Source: Convolutriloba macropyga (lineage: Eukaryota). From it: DNA of 64,000 nt. The position numbers and the translations under genes were made by a program. The notes beneath the pieces were generated by a model. The model was not told where the DNA came from, ran no database searches, and saw only the letters and a list, made by a program, of their open reading frames with translations. Location: positions 79,670,001 through 79,734,000 of the forward strand of contig NC_134468.1 of the NCBI RefSeq assembly GCF_964194025.1. Direction: 5' to 3'. Shown here in pieces: positions 61,722 to 64,000 of this stretch (the first letter of the stretch is position 1; every line of letters begins with the position of its first letter).

Positions 61722-63283
61722 AGCTCATTTTGACGCAAGTTTTAAAAGCCCAGTTTCAAAATCTGACACTGCAGAGATCTGACATTTTAGAAATGCTGTC
61801 TTAACAACTCGAACCGCTACCCTGTTCTCCTTAAAAGCTAGTTCTCAGTGACTTCACGTTAAGTCACGAAACCTATACTAATAAGCTAACCACCCTTTTC
61901 ATTTTTGTTCGATATATTGGACTTAAAAGTGCTCAAAAGTGAATTATTACCCCGCCATTAAGTATAGCGGGAGTTAAATGTTTTTTCGTTAAACTGTGTG
62001 AAAAATGAGGTTAATTTCAAACTTTAATTGTTCACACGTGGTGTGGAATTACGAAGCCGCCGTTATTTTCTCATCTGATGTTTTTATTAGGATATTAGTC
62101 AAGTCTAATTACTATTGTTGTGAGTAGGAGCTCAAAACACTTGTAGCAAACTTTATTTGTTACATTTCCAAAGTGTCATCTTGCGAAAATTTGGGAAATT
62201 GAGCTAACATGTCTAATTAAAAACAACAGCGCATCCATTTCCTAATATTAAAGCGGTGGAATAAATTGGCAAATATCGTACAATGATAATAAAAAGCAAA
62301 CAAAAGCGAAGTAACAGTTGCTGTTTATTTGTTTACGAGCACCCCGTTGTTTGTAAACAAGCCGGCAGCGACACAACATGTTGGAAAATGAACGACTCCA
62401 CTCGACAATTAAATTTAATGAAATGACTTTTGGAAAAGTAAATTAATTGGGCTAAAATGGTGTCCGCCGATGTGAAAATTAGCCGAAAAAGTCAAAACTA
62501 GGCCTATTAGCAGAATTAATTGCTGAGAGTAAACGAAACTAGGACGCGCAATTCTCTAACAAGAACTCCACCTTCTCGCTCAAATTTTTTGGGTTTTCTA
62601 GACCAGAATATAATGAAAAATGAGCTTCAGCTTCACAAAAGCGAAGAGCAGAGGCGGACAAAATTTAATTGTTGAAAACTTTTTGTTTAAGAAAAACAAA
62701 ACTACCCCGAATTCTGTGTACTTTAAATGCGTAGTCACCACTTGCTCATCAAAGCTTTCTATGAATGCGAATCTAACTGCGATACAGAACCGGCCTACCC
62801 CACATAATCATGATTCCCATGAAGAAAAAATCGAGCAGGAAAAATTTCGGAGAAAAGTTTTGGAATCAGTTTTCCGGAGTCCGGGAACACGACTTCGCCA
62901 ATCTTACAACGAAAACTTGCACGAAATGCATCAAAATTTTTTACCACCCCAGTACGACAAGATTCGACGTGGATTAAATTACAAACGATCAGAGTCCAGG
63001 CAAAACAATCTGAAAATGGTTCAATTTCATTTTTCATTCCTTATGTTCCCCTAATTCGTTTCACCAACGAAACGATAACAAGAATAACTTCTGAATTTTG
63101 ACACACTAAATGACCTCTTGTTTCGTAACCGTGCTAATAGCCGACCGGATCTTTTTTTGTTATGCCCCCTCCCCCTCCTCTGCCACGTTTATCAGTTGAT
63201 TTGCACCAGTTAAAAACTAAATTTTGCTTTTTCTAAAATCTGATCTTTATGATAACTTTTGACCTGCGTCACCAAAGTGAGGC
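61722..63283 (+). mobile_element. Putative internally deleted Mutator-like (MULE) DNA transposon with degenerate TIRs
   Basis: Left GCTCATTTTGACGCAAG..AGATCTGACATTTTAGAAA vs right TTTCTAAAATCTGATCT..CTGCGTCACCAAAGTGAGGC (imperfect inverted match); contains a FLYWCH ORF. Confidence 0.5.
62620..63054 (+). CDS. FLYWCH-type zinc-finger protein (N-terminal part of a MULE transposase), 144 aa
   Basis: SRGGQNLIVENFLFKKNK...VYFKC....CSSKL....PTPHNH followed by a helical region; no DDE domain. Confidence 0.7.
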   Translation: MSFSFTKAKSRGGQNLIVENFLFKKNKTTPNSVYFKCVVTTCSSKLSMNANLTAIQNRPTPHNHDSHEEKIEQEKFRRKVLESVFRSPGTRLRQSYNENLHEMHQNFLPPQYDKIRRGLNYKRSESRQNNLKMVQFHFSFLMFP

Positions 63284-63507
63284 TTTTTAAGGGATTTACA
63301 AAATTAATATAACTGAACATATTTTGGGTAGTATCAAGCCGACCCACTAAAATAATAAATGATACTTCTCGCCTATATATGCAAAAACTGATAATTGGGT
63401 CTTTGAAATGTTCAAGTCCAAATTAAGCATCGTTTATCAGTTTCAACCTTAGTTTTTTGTTCAAACTCTTTGAATTTGGTTCAGGAGATTTTTTTATCGT
63501 GTTTCAG

Positions 63508-63931
63508 GCGTATAAACAAAGACAGTCCCTGCGCGATCACTTGCGAGCATGTCATCGAGTGCCAAACGAGGAGCTTCGCGACATCCTCTCCGAAAGTGTC
63601 GCCCAAGTTCACCTCAGATCAGTCGGGCCCTCCCCCACAAACACACCATCGCCCTGCCCGCCTAGTGTGAACACCCCTCTCTACCCCGGTGCCAGACCCA
63701 CACCTCAGAATCACCCCTCGGGAACCCTGGCCCGAATGGGACTGGATCCCAAACAGGAACATCCCCAGATCCGGATGAGGTCTGGTCTGGATTGTGGGGC
63801 TGTTGGTAGTTTGGGTCCTATTGTGAGTGGAACGACCATCAGCCGAAGTGAGATTGAAGAGCGATTGAGGCTGAGACAACAACAGATCATGGACATTAAG
63901 CAGAAGTACGCAACTCTGCCGCCTATTGACG
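63508..63931 (+). CDS. IKZF1: Ikaros-family gene, coding exon 3 (completes F4; Pro-rich linker); gene probably continues beyond the window
   Basis: Acceptor TTTCAG|GCG, phase 0; AYKQRQSLRDHLRACH corresponds to Ikaros F4 (SYKQRSSLEEHKERCH); donor G|GTAAGA. Confidence 0.88.
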
Positions 63932-64000
63932 GTAAGAATAATTCCAGATCAATTTTTTAAGTTATTTTTATTGTCCTGACTTCAATTAAGACTCTAGTAG

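Overview
AT-rich animal (invertebrate-type) nuclear DNA with spliceosomal GT-AG genes; it is not prokaryotic, and the species cannot be fixed from sequence alone. (i) 1-1.4 kb: decayed 5' end of a minus-strand BEL/Pao-like LTR retrotransposon. (ii) 8.5-36.6 kb: a repeatedly duplicated and rearranged cassette of dead retroelements: a Mag-like Ty3/Gypsy with LTR, a CRE-clade RLE non-LTR element with a (TTA)n tail, two Penelope-like GIY-YIG elements tail-to-tail, and an L2/CR1-type LINE with an SGNH-esterase ORF1. Junctions show microhomology and templated insertions. One duplication copied the promoter and ZnF-UBP exon of USP22, creating an intact 123-aa ZnF-only ORF. (iii) 37.2-44.2 kb: three coding exons of a USP22/nonstop/Ubp8-type deubiquitinase; I could not find its His-box exons. 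(iv) 39-53 kb: many nested non-autonomous Helentron-type (HINE/DINE-1-like) elements, plus a 38-bp tandem repeat derived from them at 55.2 kb. (v) 58.7-64 kb: an Ikaros-family (IKZF) C2H2 zinc-finger gene with a tRNA-Lys(UUU) and a MITE in intron 1 and a FLYWCH-encoding Mutator-like relic in intron 2. Coordinates were read by eye; TE boundaries are approximate (tens of bp).
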